Shown in pieces: positions 1-9,599 of a DNA stretch of 64,000 bases. Numbering within the stretch: position 1 is the stretch's first letter; each line of letters begins with the position of its first letter. The stretch comes from Candidatus Portnoybacteria bacterium RBG_19FT_COMBO_36_7 (lineage in GTDB: Bacteria > Patescibacteriota > Minisyncoccia > Portnoybacterales > GWB1-42-6). The translations under genes were made by a program, and so were the position numbers. Where the stretch lies: positions 3,322 through 67,321 of the forward strand of contig MHMW01000018.1 in the NCBI GenBank assembly GCA_001819495.1, read 5' to 3'. The notes below the pieces were generated by a model. It did not search any database. It saw nothing but the letters and a program-made list of their open reading frames with translations, and was not told the origin of the DNA.

Positions 1-1202
1 CCGACCATCAGCACCCCAAAAAGGGCCATGTTCAAAAAATCTATGCGCTTGCGCCTGAATGCCCGCCAAAGAGTCGCAAACACTGCGCCAAAGATCGCCA
101 GATAGCTTAAAAATCCGAGAATTCCGGTGGTTATCAGGGTGTCAAAAACAATGTTATGCGCCCGGTCAAACCAATTTTCAGTCGGAAATAAATTCGGGTC
201 GTAATATCTGTTAAAAACAGTGGCATAATTCTCCCAGCCCCAGCCCAATATCGGCCGCGCGGCCAAACCTTTCAAGCTCATTTTCCAGGCCAGCAACCTT
301 GTCTGAACGTCCATGCCAGAAAGCGATATTGTGGTCATGCGTGAAAGCGTCACCGAGCTTCTGATAAAATCGGTATTTCTAAGCATATAGACGGAAGCGC
401 CAAAAACAACAGACAGGATAAGCGAAATCAGCGCTATTTTTTTTATTTTCCGGCGGAATTTTGCCATAAATTCCTTTTCTTCCTGCCCTTTGGGCCAAAA
501 AGCCAACGCCAAAAAAAACAAGATTACCGAAACTGCCAAGCCGACAACAGCACCTCTGGTCTCGGTCCAGTAAAGCATCAGGATGCTGAATAAAAACGCA
601 ACGCCGTAATATATTTTCCAGTTTTTTGACTGCTTCTGGAAAAACATAAAGACAATGAAAAAAAGAACGAATAAAAGATAGGCGGCAAAATAAGCCGGGT
701 TACCAAAAGTTGAGGAAACTCTTCCCTGGCCTGCCAGAAGAAAGCTTTGAATGTTCAGTTTCTGGCCGAGGGCAAAAAAAGAAAGAAGCAGGCTGACAGC
801 GATAAAAAAATCAAAAATGAGCAGCCAGTCTTTTTTTGTCTTAAAAACCGAGGCCAAAATCAAAAAATAGGCAAAATAATGCAGAAGGGTGACAATGCCG
901 GTCATTCTTTCATAAGCGCTCCAGAAGCTTAAACCGAAATTGACGCCAAAAATTGAAGCCAAAATGACAATGAACAAAAAAAGCGAAATTGCCCAGAAGA
1001 TCCTTGAGCGCTTCGGCCGGTATTCGGGGCGGCTGATTATCAAAATGAGCCAGAGGAAAAACGCAATTTCAACCACGATCTGGAAAGCGGCGGTTTTGGG
1101 AAAAACAAAGGGAAAAATAAAATCGCTGCTGACAACCAATGGGGCAAAAAGAGAAATTATTATCAGTGCTTTAATAATTGTCGCTAAAGTTTGGCTTTTC
1201 AT
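1..1202 (-). CDS. O-antigen ligase-like (Wzy_C-type) polytopic membrane protein. The 3' end is cut by the window edge. It is a paralog of the next gene.
   Basis: Translating the minus strand from the ATG at 1202..1200 gives MKSQTLATIIKALIIISLFAPLVV...GNPAYFAAYLLF...AWKMSLKGLAARPILGWGWENY...DRAHNIVFD. This is colinear with the 662-aa neighbour. The plus-strand ORFs 747..1215 are shadow ORFs. There is a 1-nt gap to the upstream gene's stop. Confidence 0.6.
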   Translation of the reverse strand, partial: MKSQTLATIIKALIIISLFAPLVVSSDFIFPFVFPKTAAFQIVVEIAFFLWLILIISRPEYRPKRSRIFWAISLFLFIVILASIFGVNFGLSFWSAYERMTGIVTLLHYFAYFLILASVFKTKKDWLLIFDFFIAVSLLLSFFALGQKLNIQSFLLAGQGRVSSTFGNPAYFAAYLLFVLFFIVFMFFQKQSKNWKIYYGVAFLFSILMLYWTETRGAVVGLAVSVILFFLALAFWPKGQEEKEFMAKFRRKIKKIALISLILSVVFGASVYMLRNTDFIRSSVTLSRMTTISLSGMDVQTRLLAWKMSLKGLAARPILGWGWENYATVFNRYYDPNLFPTENWFDRAHNIVFDTLITTGILGFLSYLAIFGAVFATLWRAFRRKRIDFLNMALFGVLMV

Positions 1203-1203
1203 T

Positions 1204-3192
1204 TTATTGATTTAAATTATTATAATACTCTTCTATCTGCCTGCCGATTTCTTCGTCTGTCTGGCGGGCCTGCAAAATTATATTTTCGGCTTTTTCTCTC
1301 TCGTTCTTCAATGAATAAGCCGCCACCAAAATCATATAAGCTTCCTTTTTCATCGGGCTTAATTCTTTAATTTTTTCTCCCTGCTCTATCGCCGAGTCTA
1401 TTCTTTGCTGATCATTGTTTAAAAAATAAAGATTCATCCAGGCCAAAGCAATATAATTGCGCGCCTGAGAAGGCGAGCGGACTATCGTCTCGGCCAAATA
1501 TGATGTTATCAATTTATATAAATTTTCATTTTCAGTCAATTGCGGATCATCCTGGGTACCTTCAAGATACCATAACGCAGCCTGATAGACGATCTCGTCG
1601 GAAGCAAAAGTTTTCTCTTCCACCGCTTTTTCAAGGAGGGGCCCGACTTGACTGTAATTTTGCGATTCAAGAGAAAATATCTGATTGCCTGCAATACTGG
1701 CCGAGATTACCTTAATATTCAAAAAATATACCGAAAAAACAGCGATAATGGCAAAGCTGCCCAATAAAATCTTTTTGCCAAAATTCATTACGGCAGGATA
1801 AGTTCTCGGCTCGGAGGATTGCTCTCTGGCCGCCAGGTAATAAAAATTTATCAGCGCCAGAACAAAAAACAGCATCAAAAAAGAAACAAAAGTATCAAAG
1901 ACAAAAAGATTTTGGACCAAATACGCCAAGAGCAAGCCGACAAGAAAAACCGTCAAAATAAAAATTCTGAAAGTTATTGTGCCGGCCTTGTCTTTTTCTT
2001 CAGGTCTGTTTTTGGTGCCAATAACCTGATAAAAATTTCGCCGGCTGATCTTTTTAAGATAGAAAATAGCTATCGCCATGAGCGCCAGATAGCTTAATAG
2101 CCCCAGCCAGCCGCCCGCCACGCCGTAATCAAAAATAAAATTATGCGCCCGGTCATACCAGGCCTCATAGGGCAGAAGGCGCGCGTCAAAATATTTATTG
2201 ATGGCCACTTCATAATTTTCCGGCCCCCAGCCAAACACCGGCCTCTCCCGCCACGCTTTCCAGGCTTTTTGCCAGAGAATAAGCCGGTTTTGCGCAGTTA
2301 CGTCTTTTAACGATATTGAAGCAAGGCGATTCAAATCGGGATTATTTTGCACAAATGAACTATTTCTGAAAGCAAAGATCAGGCCGCCCAAAATTATAAT
2401 TGCCGCCAAAAAGGCCAAAAAATATTTTCTGAATATTTTGGCCGGGTAAAAAAGCGCAAAAAGAATCAGGTACAATATCGCGCCGGCAAAAAAACCCACA
2501 TATCCGCCTCTTGTGCCTGTCAAAAAAAGCGCGCCAAGCTGAATAAAAAAAGAGGTAACCCATAAAATTGTCTGCTTATCTTTCCAATTTCTTTTTTCTG
2601 CCCAAGAAAGAAAGATTAGATATCCCGCAAAAAATATATTGAATATTAAATAACTAGCCAAGAATGCCGGATTGCCGATAGTGCCAAAAACGCGGCCAGT
2701 CTCGGGCATTGTTGCACCAAGACTGAAAAATCTCTGCAAAATTGCCAACAGACCGACAAAAGAACTGACTGCCACAGAAATCTTAAGCAAATTAACCCAG
2801 CTTTTTTCTGTTTTGAAAATTCCGGCCAGCATCAGAAAAAATGCGCCAAAATGCAGCAGGCCAAAAAAGCCGAGCATCCGCTCAAGATTCCCCCAAAAGC
2901 TTAAATAAGAATCCACGCCAAAAAGAGATGAAAGAAACAAAACCAGCAAAAATGCGCCGACCGCGATTAAAAGCGTGGTTTTTTTTGGCCGGAAAGCCGG
3001 GTATTTCAAGGCCAGGTAAAAATAAAAAAACGCCGAAATCTCAATAAGAATGCGGAAAGAAAATGCCTTGATGGAAGTATAAGGAAAAAGAAGCGAGGCC
3101 GATACAAGAAGTGGAGTTGCCAAGCATAATACCAGCAATATTTTTACCAGCCAGAGAATGCGGTTATCTATTTTGGATAAAATTAAATTCAT
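1204..3192 (-). CDS. O-antigen ligase-like membrane protein with a C-terminal TPR-like extracytoplasmic domain
   Basis: 662 aa with about 10 predicted TM helices. It carries GNPAF, the WG(P)ENY and DRAHN motifs typical of Wzy_C/O-antigen ligase domains, and a helical-repeat C-terminus. Confidence 0.6.
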   Translation of the reverse strand: MNLILSKIDNRILWLVKILLVLCLATPLLVSASLLFPYTSIKAFSFRILIEISAFFYFYLALKYPAFRPKKTTLLIAVGAFLLVLFLSSLFGVDSYLSFWGNLERMLGFFGLLHFGAFFLMLAGIFKTEKSWVNLLKISVAVSSFVGLLAILQRFFSLGATMPETGRVFGTIGNPAFLASYLIFNIFFAGYLIFLSWAEKRNWKDKQTILWVTSFFIQLGALFLTGTRGGYVGFFAGAILYLILFALFYPAKIFRKYFLAFLAAIIILGGLIFAFRNSSFVQNNPDLNRLASISLKDVTAQNRLILWQKAWKAWRERPVFGWGPENYEVAINKYFDARLLPYEAWYDRAHNFIFDYGVAGGWLGLLSYLALMAIAIFYLKKISRRNFYQVIGTKNRPEEKDKAGTITFRIFILTVFLVGLLLAYLVQNLFVFDTFVSFLMLFFVLALINFYYLAAREQSSEPRTYPAVMNFGKKILLGSFAIIAVFSVYFLNIKVISASIAGNQIFSLESQNYSQVGPLLEKAVEEKTFASDEIVYQAALWYLEGTQDDPQLTENENLYKLITSYLAETIVRSPSQARNYIALAWMNLYFLNNDQQRIDSAIEQGEKIKELSPMKKEAYMILVAAYSLKNEREKAENIILQARQTDEEIGRQIEEYYNNLNQ

Positions 3193-3338
3193 TCAAAATT
3201 CCTAATTTCCAATTCCCGATTTCTAATAAAAATCGGAATGTCTAATGCCAAAATTTAAAAATTGAACATTTGAGAATTAGACATTTTATTGAAAATTGGT
3301 AATTGGTAATTGAAAATTTACAAAAATAATTTTTGAGA

Positions 3339-4037
3339 TTATTTTTGTTGTTTCAGCTCTTCTAAATCCTGCCTGGCGGTCTCGTTATCGGGATTTAGCT
3401 TAACTAATTTTTCATAAAACTGGATTGCCTTTTCGGTCTGATTTGTTAAACGATAATAGGATGCTAAAGAGCTAATGATATTAACATCATCTATAAATTT
3501 ATTTAAGGCTTCTAGCAGCGTCTGTTCATAAAGCGCTTCCTTGCCGGGAATTTTGTAGCGGTAAATATCGGCTAAAGAAAAATAAAAATTTATATCATTG
3601 GGATCATTTTCAATAGCTTTTTTGATATTTTCTTCCGCTTTAGCCGGCTCGTTCAAAAAGTTCGCGTAGAGATCACCTAAATTGGCGAATGGCGAGCTGC
3701 TTTTTGGCCTAATCTGTCCGGCATAGATCCAAACGTCTCTGGCTCCTTCGTAATCATTGACTGTTTTTTTTAATATCCCCAAAGTCACCCAACTGTTAAA
3801 GTCATCTGGGTTTTGCTGCAATTTTGATTTAAGATTTTCAAATTGCCCCTGAAATCTCTGGACATAATCCGCTGATAACATCGTGTCTTTGACCTCAAAA
3901 CTCAATAATTTTTCAACGGATGTCTGTTCGTTTTTTGGCCCGAACCAGTCTACCAGATAGCCTTTTTCATAAACGTAAAAGTTGCCGGCAGCAATTAATA
4001 AGATAACGAAAATGATGGCAAAAAAAATTTTAGACAT
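3339..4037 (-). CDS. membrane-anchored tetratricopeptide-repeat protein
   Basis: 232 aa with an N-terminal TM helix, followed by TPR-like repeats (LGDLYANF, LADIYRYK, AIQFYEKLVKLNPDN). Confidence 0.55.
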   Translation of the reverse strand: MSKIFFAIIFVILLIAAGNFYVYEKGYLVDWFGPKNEQTSVEKLLSFEVKDTMLSADYVQRFQGQFENLKSKLQQNPDDFNSWVTLGILKKTVNDYEGARDVWIYAGQIRPKSSSPFANLGDLYANFLNEPAKAEENIKKAIENDPNDINFYFSLADIYRYKIPGKEALYEQTLLEALNKFIDDVNIISSLASYYRLTNQTEKAIQFYEKLVKLNPDNETARQDLEELKQQK

Positions 4038-4081
4038 TTATTTAGCACCTTTATAAAAAATCAGCTTTTTTATTCTATCAC

Positions 4082-4135
4082 ATTTTTTCAAAAAATGAAA
4101 GACCCCCGCTAATCCGCCAACTGGCGGAGGCGGGG
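4082..4135. terminator. bidirectional rho-independent terminator
   Basis: A GC-rich perfect hairpin, AGACCCCCGC...GCGGGGGTCT, is flanked by A-run and T-run sequence. It lies downstream of the surface-protein gene on the minus strand. Confidence 0.7.
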
Positions 4136-4240
4136 GTCTTTTTGAATCCCTCACAACTTCCTACGTCCGTCTAAAACGAAACGTACACAAGTGGAAGCGA
4201 GGGCCCGAGTCAGAAAATTTATCCTGAGTTTGTCGAAAGA

Positions 4241-7200
4241 TTAGAAGCTCAATGTCTGAGCGGTCAAGCCGGAAGCCGGCAAGCCTGAAACCAGATAACC
4301 ATTGGTCCAGTCAGCTGTAGCAGTTGAATGAGCTGCTTTGCTGAAATCAGACCAGATAAAGTTATCGTCGACATCTGGAATAGCAGTCGCATCAACCCCC
4401 GCAGCGGTTGTCATATGCGTGCCCCAAGCTTGACGAGGACTGGTATCACCACGCAAATATGTTACCACAGTTGCGTTAGTGGTTGCGCCAGTAACTGTTC
4501 CGCGCACAACGAAATCTCTATAGGTGCCGGCCGAAACCGTCCTAGGAGTCGCTGTGCCGCCCGGAGTGCCGGGAGAAGCCATTAAGACAACATCAATATC
4601 ATTTGTGCTAACACCAGGCATAATAAGTTGAGTGCTGCTGGCATAAAGCACTGTGTTTCCTCCGCTAGTCACATCAACCAAATTAAAGTAAGTGACATTG
4701 GCAACAGTAGTTGAGATGCGGAAGGTAAATTTGTATAAATCGATATCGCCTTTGGCATCAGCCGCTACTCGGAATTTAAGCAAGTCCATATCGCTGTTAC
4801 TCAACTTGGTTGTTGATACATCAAGTTTAGACACGGTCGGAACAGACCTGTAAATATAGGCGTATGGCTGGGCCGTAACTGTGCTGTAGTTGGCGATCTT
4901 TGCGCCCGAAGACATACCAGTCGCTTCGTTTTCTGAAGTGCTGGTTGAAGGCCAGAAGTTAATTGCCAATTGATGACCGGCAATCGCTGTTGGATTACTC
5001 GTATCATCCATACTGGCAATATCAACTTTTATTCTCACCACCTTATCAGTGTTTGCAGGTAATACCAATGGCGTTGTGAAGACAATGGTTGAGCTGGCAT
5101 TAGTTGAGCCGGCTATTGCATTGCCTATTCCAAGCACACTGCCGCCTGCATTCAGCAAGGTTTCGTCTGGACCGTAGACATAGACTTTGGCAATATCATT
5201 ACAGGTTGAGCTGGCAGTCGTTACTGTGTCCCAAGACGAACTGGCTGATGTCAGAGATAAGCGAAGCTTGGTAATGTTAATCTGCTCCGAAGTTGCTCTG
5301 AAGCGCAAAGCGGTCACAATGTTGCCAGTGGTATTAGCAGCAATCAGTCTTCCGGTCGGACTGGAAGAATCCAGAGCCACGCTCCATTGACCGGCTGCCG
5401 CAATTGTCATTATAGCCCCAAATTCAGACGTAGTCGTATTAACCGTAACAGTTTGACCGGTTGAAACGCCAGTCGCTGTCACATTGGTTGTAACGCCATC
5501 TGTAAAGCCCCATCTCTGGGTATTGCCAGTGGCAGCTGTTGCAAGAATATTGCCTTTCACCGCAATTGTCTTTGAAGTCCCTTTGGTAATAACCAGAGGG
5601 TTGTCAAAGGTAACAGTGTTGGCTCCCGGATTAGCCGCAGCGGAAGGAGTGATGATGTTGGAACCCGTATTTAACGCAGTAGTGTCGTCGAATAATTGAA
5701 CGCCAAACACGTCGGTTGCTGTGGTATAAGCATTTCTCAAAACAACTTGAGTAACCCTAACGTCTTCTCCCGAAGCAGATGCATCAAATATAATATTGCT
5801 GAAAATGTAGCCTTGTGTTCCCGCAATGACTGACTGGGCAACAGGAGTACCGCCAATATGAACTGCCAGCGTACCGCCTCTAATAGTCATTATATTGCCG
5901 TAGATATTTGAGTTAGGAGTAACAGTGATGCTGTTGCCGGTGATTGCGCCGGTGGCTCCGGTTATTCTGGTTTGCGGTGTGGCGAATCCGACTGCAATTG
6001 TGTCACCTGCCACAAAATCGGTGCCCACATTACCTTTAACTAAGACCTGGGTTGTACCGACCGGCAAAGAGACAGAACCAGTGAAGGTGGCCGTGCTATC
6101 TGGATTAGCAGTAGTAGTATCTGCTCCACCATTAACAGGGCCGGCTAAAACCGTACCATCGGCTTTAGCTAAGACAATGTTGGTAATATCCGAAGAACTG
6201 CCATTACCGGTTAACGCCCCAGCCGTAATATCAATGTCCAGGATAATGCTGGTTGGTCTTACTTCTTCGCCCTGAACAACAAAATCAAAGGAACCAAGGA
6301 TTTGGCCGGTTGCGCCTCTTGTAATGTTAGCTGTTGGCGCGCCTGTGGTGCTTTTATCAACTCTTAATGCGCCACCGCCGATAGTGACATCTGAGCCGCC
6401 AAAATACGGCGAGGCATTAATATCTATAAAGGTATTGGTGTTGCCAGGAGTCCCATAATCAGTAGTCCCAAAACTTAGCACGATATAATAACCGTAGGTA
6501 TTGCCCTTGACCACAATATCGGTATTCCGATAGATATCAAAGGAAACTGTGCGGCCTGAACCGTTTATTATATCACCCGAGATGGTAAATTCCTTGTTAA
6601 GGCCTTTGGCAATGACAACCCCTGCTCCAAAAGAAGCAGTGTAGTATTTGCCATCGGATGAAACGGTTGTTGCGTAGTCAGTTGTGCCGTCTGAAACCTT
6701 AACATTAGCCAAGTCAGAAGAAGCGGCTGAACCAGATTGATTCCATCTGATTGAAGCAACTGTTACGTCTTCCACCGAACCAGCAGTGATCCTCAAACCG
6801 GAAAATTTAAAGGCTGTTGTGCCAACATTTTTATTGGCACTTGCCGTTAATGGATCTAAACTGCCAACGCTGACGGTGGCCGAGCCAATACTCAAGCTTC
6901 CGTTAATCGTCATGTAGTTGCCGGTAATCGGCAATGCGCCAGACACGCTCGAAGCAGTTGAAACCCCTACTAAGCTTAATGTAACTACCTGCCCGGCATA
7001 AGTGGAAGTTACTGAAGGCATATTGGCGGCAATCAAAATAGATTTGGTTGTGCCGGCCGGAATCGTAATTGTGTCAGGGAATATGGCTTGATGGTTTGCG
7101 TTTAATGCCTGATTAAGGCCAATTTGGCTGTTATCCGCAGTGTCAATCAACATTACAGTTGAAATAGCCGCGTCAACTGCCAAACCTGTTCGCTGAACTG

Positions 7201-7873
7201 TAATGCCGGTAATTGTCACGGCACCGGCTGAAGAAGCAGTCAGATTGACTTTTGTAAAGCCAACGCGGGCTGCACTAGCAGGAGCCATGCCGGCTACTGG
7301 TGTGTCTGAAGCCAAAGCAACAGACAAAGCGCCGGCTGGTCCGGGCGTGATGCCTTCGCCAGACAACGTGCAGGTGGTATCGTCATTGCTGGCTGCGTAA
7401 TTGTCGCGGTCAACCGCATTTATCTGGTATATTGAATCCCAGTCAAACAAGGTATTTGATAAACCGCAGGCTGTAAACGCCTCGGCTGTCATATTTACCC
7501 AGTGTTTTCCGCCAACGTCGCTGTTGGGTGTCGGAAACAGATTGTAGACTTTGGGATCGCCTTCGGCTCTCACCAAAGTAGATTCTATGAATTGATCCAA
7601 CGTTGCCTGATCAACGGTTTTGACGTTCTCCCATTTGAGATGCTGATAGCTGTTGAACACGGTCGGGCTCAAAATCAATCTTTTGAATTGTTTGGAACCG
7701 ACGTATTTTGCGATGTAGATATCAGGGCTAGTGGCGGTTTTAATCATATCGCCTTCATTAACCCCTGTAACTACCGCGCCAGCTGCCAGAGGAGCAAGCA
7801 TCGCTACTCCGCTTACCATGGCAATCGTGGTGAAACTTGTCGTGATAGAAACTAATTTTTTAAGTTTACTCAT
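4241..7873 (-). CDS. very large Thr/Ser/Gly/Ala/Val-rich cell-surface protein with an N-terminal signal peptide (putative S-layer or adhesin)
   Basis: 1210 aa with a signal-like N-terminus (MSKLKKLVSITTSFTTIAMVSGVAMLAPLAAGA). The composition is low-complexity and beta-rich, with internal repeats and no enzymatic motifs. It has a dedicated strong terminator and a long upstream leader. Confidence 0.6.
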   Translation of the reverse strand: MSKLKKLVSITTSFTTIAMVSGVAMLAPLAAGAVVTGVNEGDMIKTATSPDIYIAKYVGSKQFKRLILSPTVFNSYQHLKWENVKTVDQATLDQFIESTLVRAEGDPKVYNLFPTPNSDVGGKHWVNMTAEAFTACGLSNTLFDWDSIYQINAVDRDNYAASNDDTTCTLSGEGITPGPAGALSVALASDTPVAGMAPASAARVGFTKVNLTASSAGAVTITGITVQRTGLAVDAAISTVMLIDTADNSQIGLNQALNANHQAIFPDTITIPAGTTKSILIAANMPSVTSTYAGQVVTLSLVGVSTASSVSGALPITGNYMTINGSLSIGSATVSVGSLDPLTASANKNVGTTAFKFSGLRITAGSVEDVTVASIRWNQSGSAASSDLANVKVSDGTTDYATTVSSDGKYYTASFGAGVVIAKGLNKEFTISGDIINGSGRTVSFDIYRNTDIVVKGNTYGYYIVLSFGTTDYGTPGNTNTFIDINASPYFGGSDVTIGGGALRVDKSTTGAPTANITRGATGQILGSFDFVVQGEEVRPTSIILDIDITAGALTGNGSSSDITNIVLAKADGTVLAGPVNGGADTTTANPDSTATFTGSVSLPVGTTQVLVKGNVGTDFVAGDTIAVGFATPQTRITGATGAITGNSITVTPNSNIYGNIMTIRGGTLAVHIGGTPVAQSVIAGTQGYIFSNIIFDASASGEDVRVTQVVLRNAYTTATDVFGVQLFDDTTALNTGSNIITPSAAANPGANTVTFDNPLVITKGTSKTIAVKGNILATAATGNTQRWGFTDGVTTNVTATGVSTGQTVTVNTTTSEFGAIMTIAAAGQWSVALDSSSPTGRLIAANTTGNIVTALRFRATSEQINITKLRLSLTSASSSWDTVTTASSTCNDIAKVYVYGPDETLLNAGGSVLGIGNAIAGSTNASSTIVFTTPLVLPANTDKVVRIKVDIASMDDTSNPTAIAGHQLAINFWPSTSTSENEATGMSSGAKIANYSTVTAQPYAYIYRSVPTVSKLDVSTTKLSNSDMDLLKFRVAADAKGDIDLYKFTFRISTTVANVTYFNLVDVTSGGNTVLYASSTQLIMPGVSTNDIDVVLMASPGTPGGTATPRTVSAGTYRDFVVRGTVTGATTNATVVTYLRGDTSPRQAWGTHMTTAAGVDATAIPDVDDNFIWSDFSKAAHSTATADWTNGYLVSGLPASGLTAQTLSF

Positions 7874-7963
7874 TTTAATGTTTGTTTTTTGATTCCTCCC
7901 GGATTGATTTAAAAATCAAGCAGAGAGTTTTTATGAAGTGCAATCACCTTTCGGTTTTAGATT

Positions 7964-7983
7964 AATTGCTATCGACATAGCAA
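7964..7983. promoter_or_regulatory. perfect palindrome ATTGCTAT-CGAC-ATAGCAAT in the leader of the surface-protein gene (candidate operator)
   Basis: The arms are 8 bp perfect inverted repeats with a 4-bp spacer, about 90 nt upstream of the start at 7873. A second palindrome, TTGATTT-AA-AAATCAA, lies at 7906..7921. Confidence 0.35.
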
Positions 7984-8399
7984 TCTGTTCTCCCCGCGCT
8001 TTTATAAGCGAGGTGTCCTCGAGGTTTCATTATATTTCCACCCCCCTTATTATAATGACGGGGGTGCACTTCAATTTTTTCTTCGACTTCGCTCAAAATA
8101 TTATTAAAATCCTGAGTTTATCGAAGGATTATCTTTTTTATTTTGGCTGATTAAGGAGCTTAGCTCCTTGGGGGCAGCTAAGCTGCCTTCCAAAAAAATA
8201 GAACAAGAACAAACCGCCGGGGAATTTCACCCCGATGGCCGTCGACCTTTTCCTTATTCTTTCCAAATTTTAACGTGTTAAACACTCTAATGTCAAATAA
8301 ATTAATTGTGGATAACCGAACCCATTTTACCCTAAATAACTCATACTAAATGGGTTCGTCCTGACCCCGCTTTTGCGGGAGAAGGATCTAAAACATAGA

Positions 8400-9599
8400 C
8401 TATTCGTTATTTACGCTTGTGCCAAACACCGAAATATTCAGCCAGACAGGCGGGGTAGTCGTTTCATGGACAAAGTCTATTTCAATATCAATAATGGCAC
8501 TGGGAGTTGAAGTTGCGAAAGGCGTTGTTGCCGGCGAGGTTGTCGCGTTTTCTATCACAGGGTTTTGAACCGGGTCTTGCGTCTCTGGCAAAGAAGCCGC
8601 ATCCACCATCTGCTGGGCGCTTTTTACCATTTCAGTGGCTGTTTTTATAATCGTCAAAGCGCCGGCAAAATCGCCGTTTCTTAAACACTCTAATGCCTGC
8701 TCAATTGCCTTATCGGATTCATCAAGAATAATGGTTGCATTTATCGGCAATTTATCGGAAATTGCCGAATTGCTTACTGTTTCCGAAAGAATATTAGCTA
8801 TTTGTCTGGTTTTCTGGATCTTATCGTCAACTTTAGCCGCGATTTCCGTTTCGCTCATCCCTCCTTCACCCTGCATCTGGACCATCATTTCAAGCGCCCT
8901 TATGCTTGTTTTATCGGCTTCTTCAGTAGCTTCGGCTATTTTATCGGTTAAATTGTTCTTCATATCCGGCGATAGTGCCAATTTTGCCTGACTTAGGCTT
9001 TGTTCGGCTGAAGCAGCACTCTCGTCTATCTTTCTGGCTGCTGCAACTACTTTTTTAGCCTCGGTTTTGCTCAATTTGGGCAATTCGTCTTTTGCGCTTA
9101 AAAGATGGCGCTGCAAGTTATTTACTGCCTCTTCAATTTTGGTCTGTTTTTGTTCCATTGATCCTTCAGTGCTAATAATTTTATTCAGCTCGTCAATCCT
9201 GGCTGAAATCATATCGGTCTGAACCTGAGCTTTGCCTTCGGCAGAAGTCGTGGCAAAAAGTCTTGCTTCTTCCAGCGCGATTTTAACTGGAAAAAGCCTG
9301 TCCCCGGGCAAGCTATTTTTGGCTCCGGCAATAACAGCCAGACTGCTGCTGAACATAAAGCCGAAAATAAGAACAAAAGCCGCTACTGGTTTTAATACGG
9401 GGTGGGGATTTCTGATATAGCACCAAATTGAGACAATTGCCGAAGAAAAATTAAATGCCGGAATTGTTTCTTTTTTGCTATTTTTGGCCATTTCAAGCGT
9501 AATTTTCTCACGGCAAAAAATAACCCAATTTTCATCCGGCTTTATCTTTTTTAATTGATTTAAGCGTTCTATTAGATTGTTTTCGCTTATTTCGCTCAT
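8400..9599 (-). CDS. membrane-anchored coiled-coil protein, putative anti-sigma factor (DUF5667-like)
   Basis: It sits immediately downstream of the ECF sigma gene. The start is placed at MSEISENNLIERL (ATG 9599..9597), followed by a single TM helix and a long coiled-coil, A/E/K-rich periplasmic part. The ORF-track extension to 9734 runs through a repeat element from an internal GTG and is rejected. Confidence 0.5.
   Translation of the reverse strand: MSEISENNLIERLNQLKKIKPDENWVIFCREKITLEMAKNSKKETIPAFNFSSAIVSIWCYIRNPHPVLKPVAAFVLIFGFMFSSSLAVIAGAKNSLPGDRLFPVKIALEEARLFATTSAEGKAQVQTDMISARIDELNKIISTEGSMEQKQTKIEEAVNNLQRHLLSAKDELPKLSKTEAKKVVAAARKIDESAASAEQSLSQAKLALSPDMKNNLTDKIAEATEEADKTSIRALEMMVQMQGEGGMSETEIAAKVDDKIQKTRQIANILSETVSNSAISDKLPINATIILDESDKAIEQALECLRNGDFAGALTIIKTATEMVKSAQQMVDAASLPETQDPVQNPVIENATTSPATTPFATSTPSAIIDIEIDFVHETTTPPVWLNISVFGTSVNNE

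Noticed and set aside
747-1215. Two plus-strand ORFs (61 and 91 aa) at the window start
   Set aside because: They are low-complexity Lys/Ile-rich shadows of a minus-strand membrane-protein gene. The minus-strand translation is colinear with the neighbouring O-antigen-ligase-like protein.
7938-8150. 70-aa plus-strand ORF in the surface-protein leader
   Set aside because: It has no SD and an odd composition. It lies inside a palindrome-rich regulatory region on the strand opposite to all neighbouring genes.
8300-8380. A tRNA-like T-arm string (AATGGGTTCGTCC) in the 8150..8400 spacer
   Set aside because: It cannot be folded into a cloverleaf with acceptor and anticodon arms. It is instead part of a 10-bp inverted repeat (CGAACCCATT...AATGGGTTCG).
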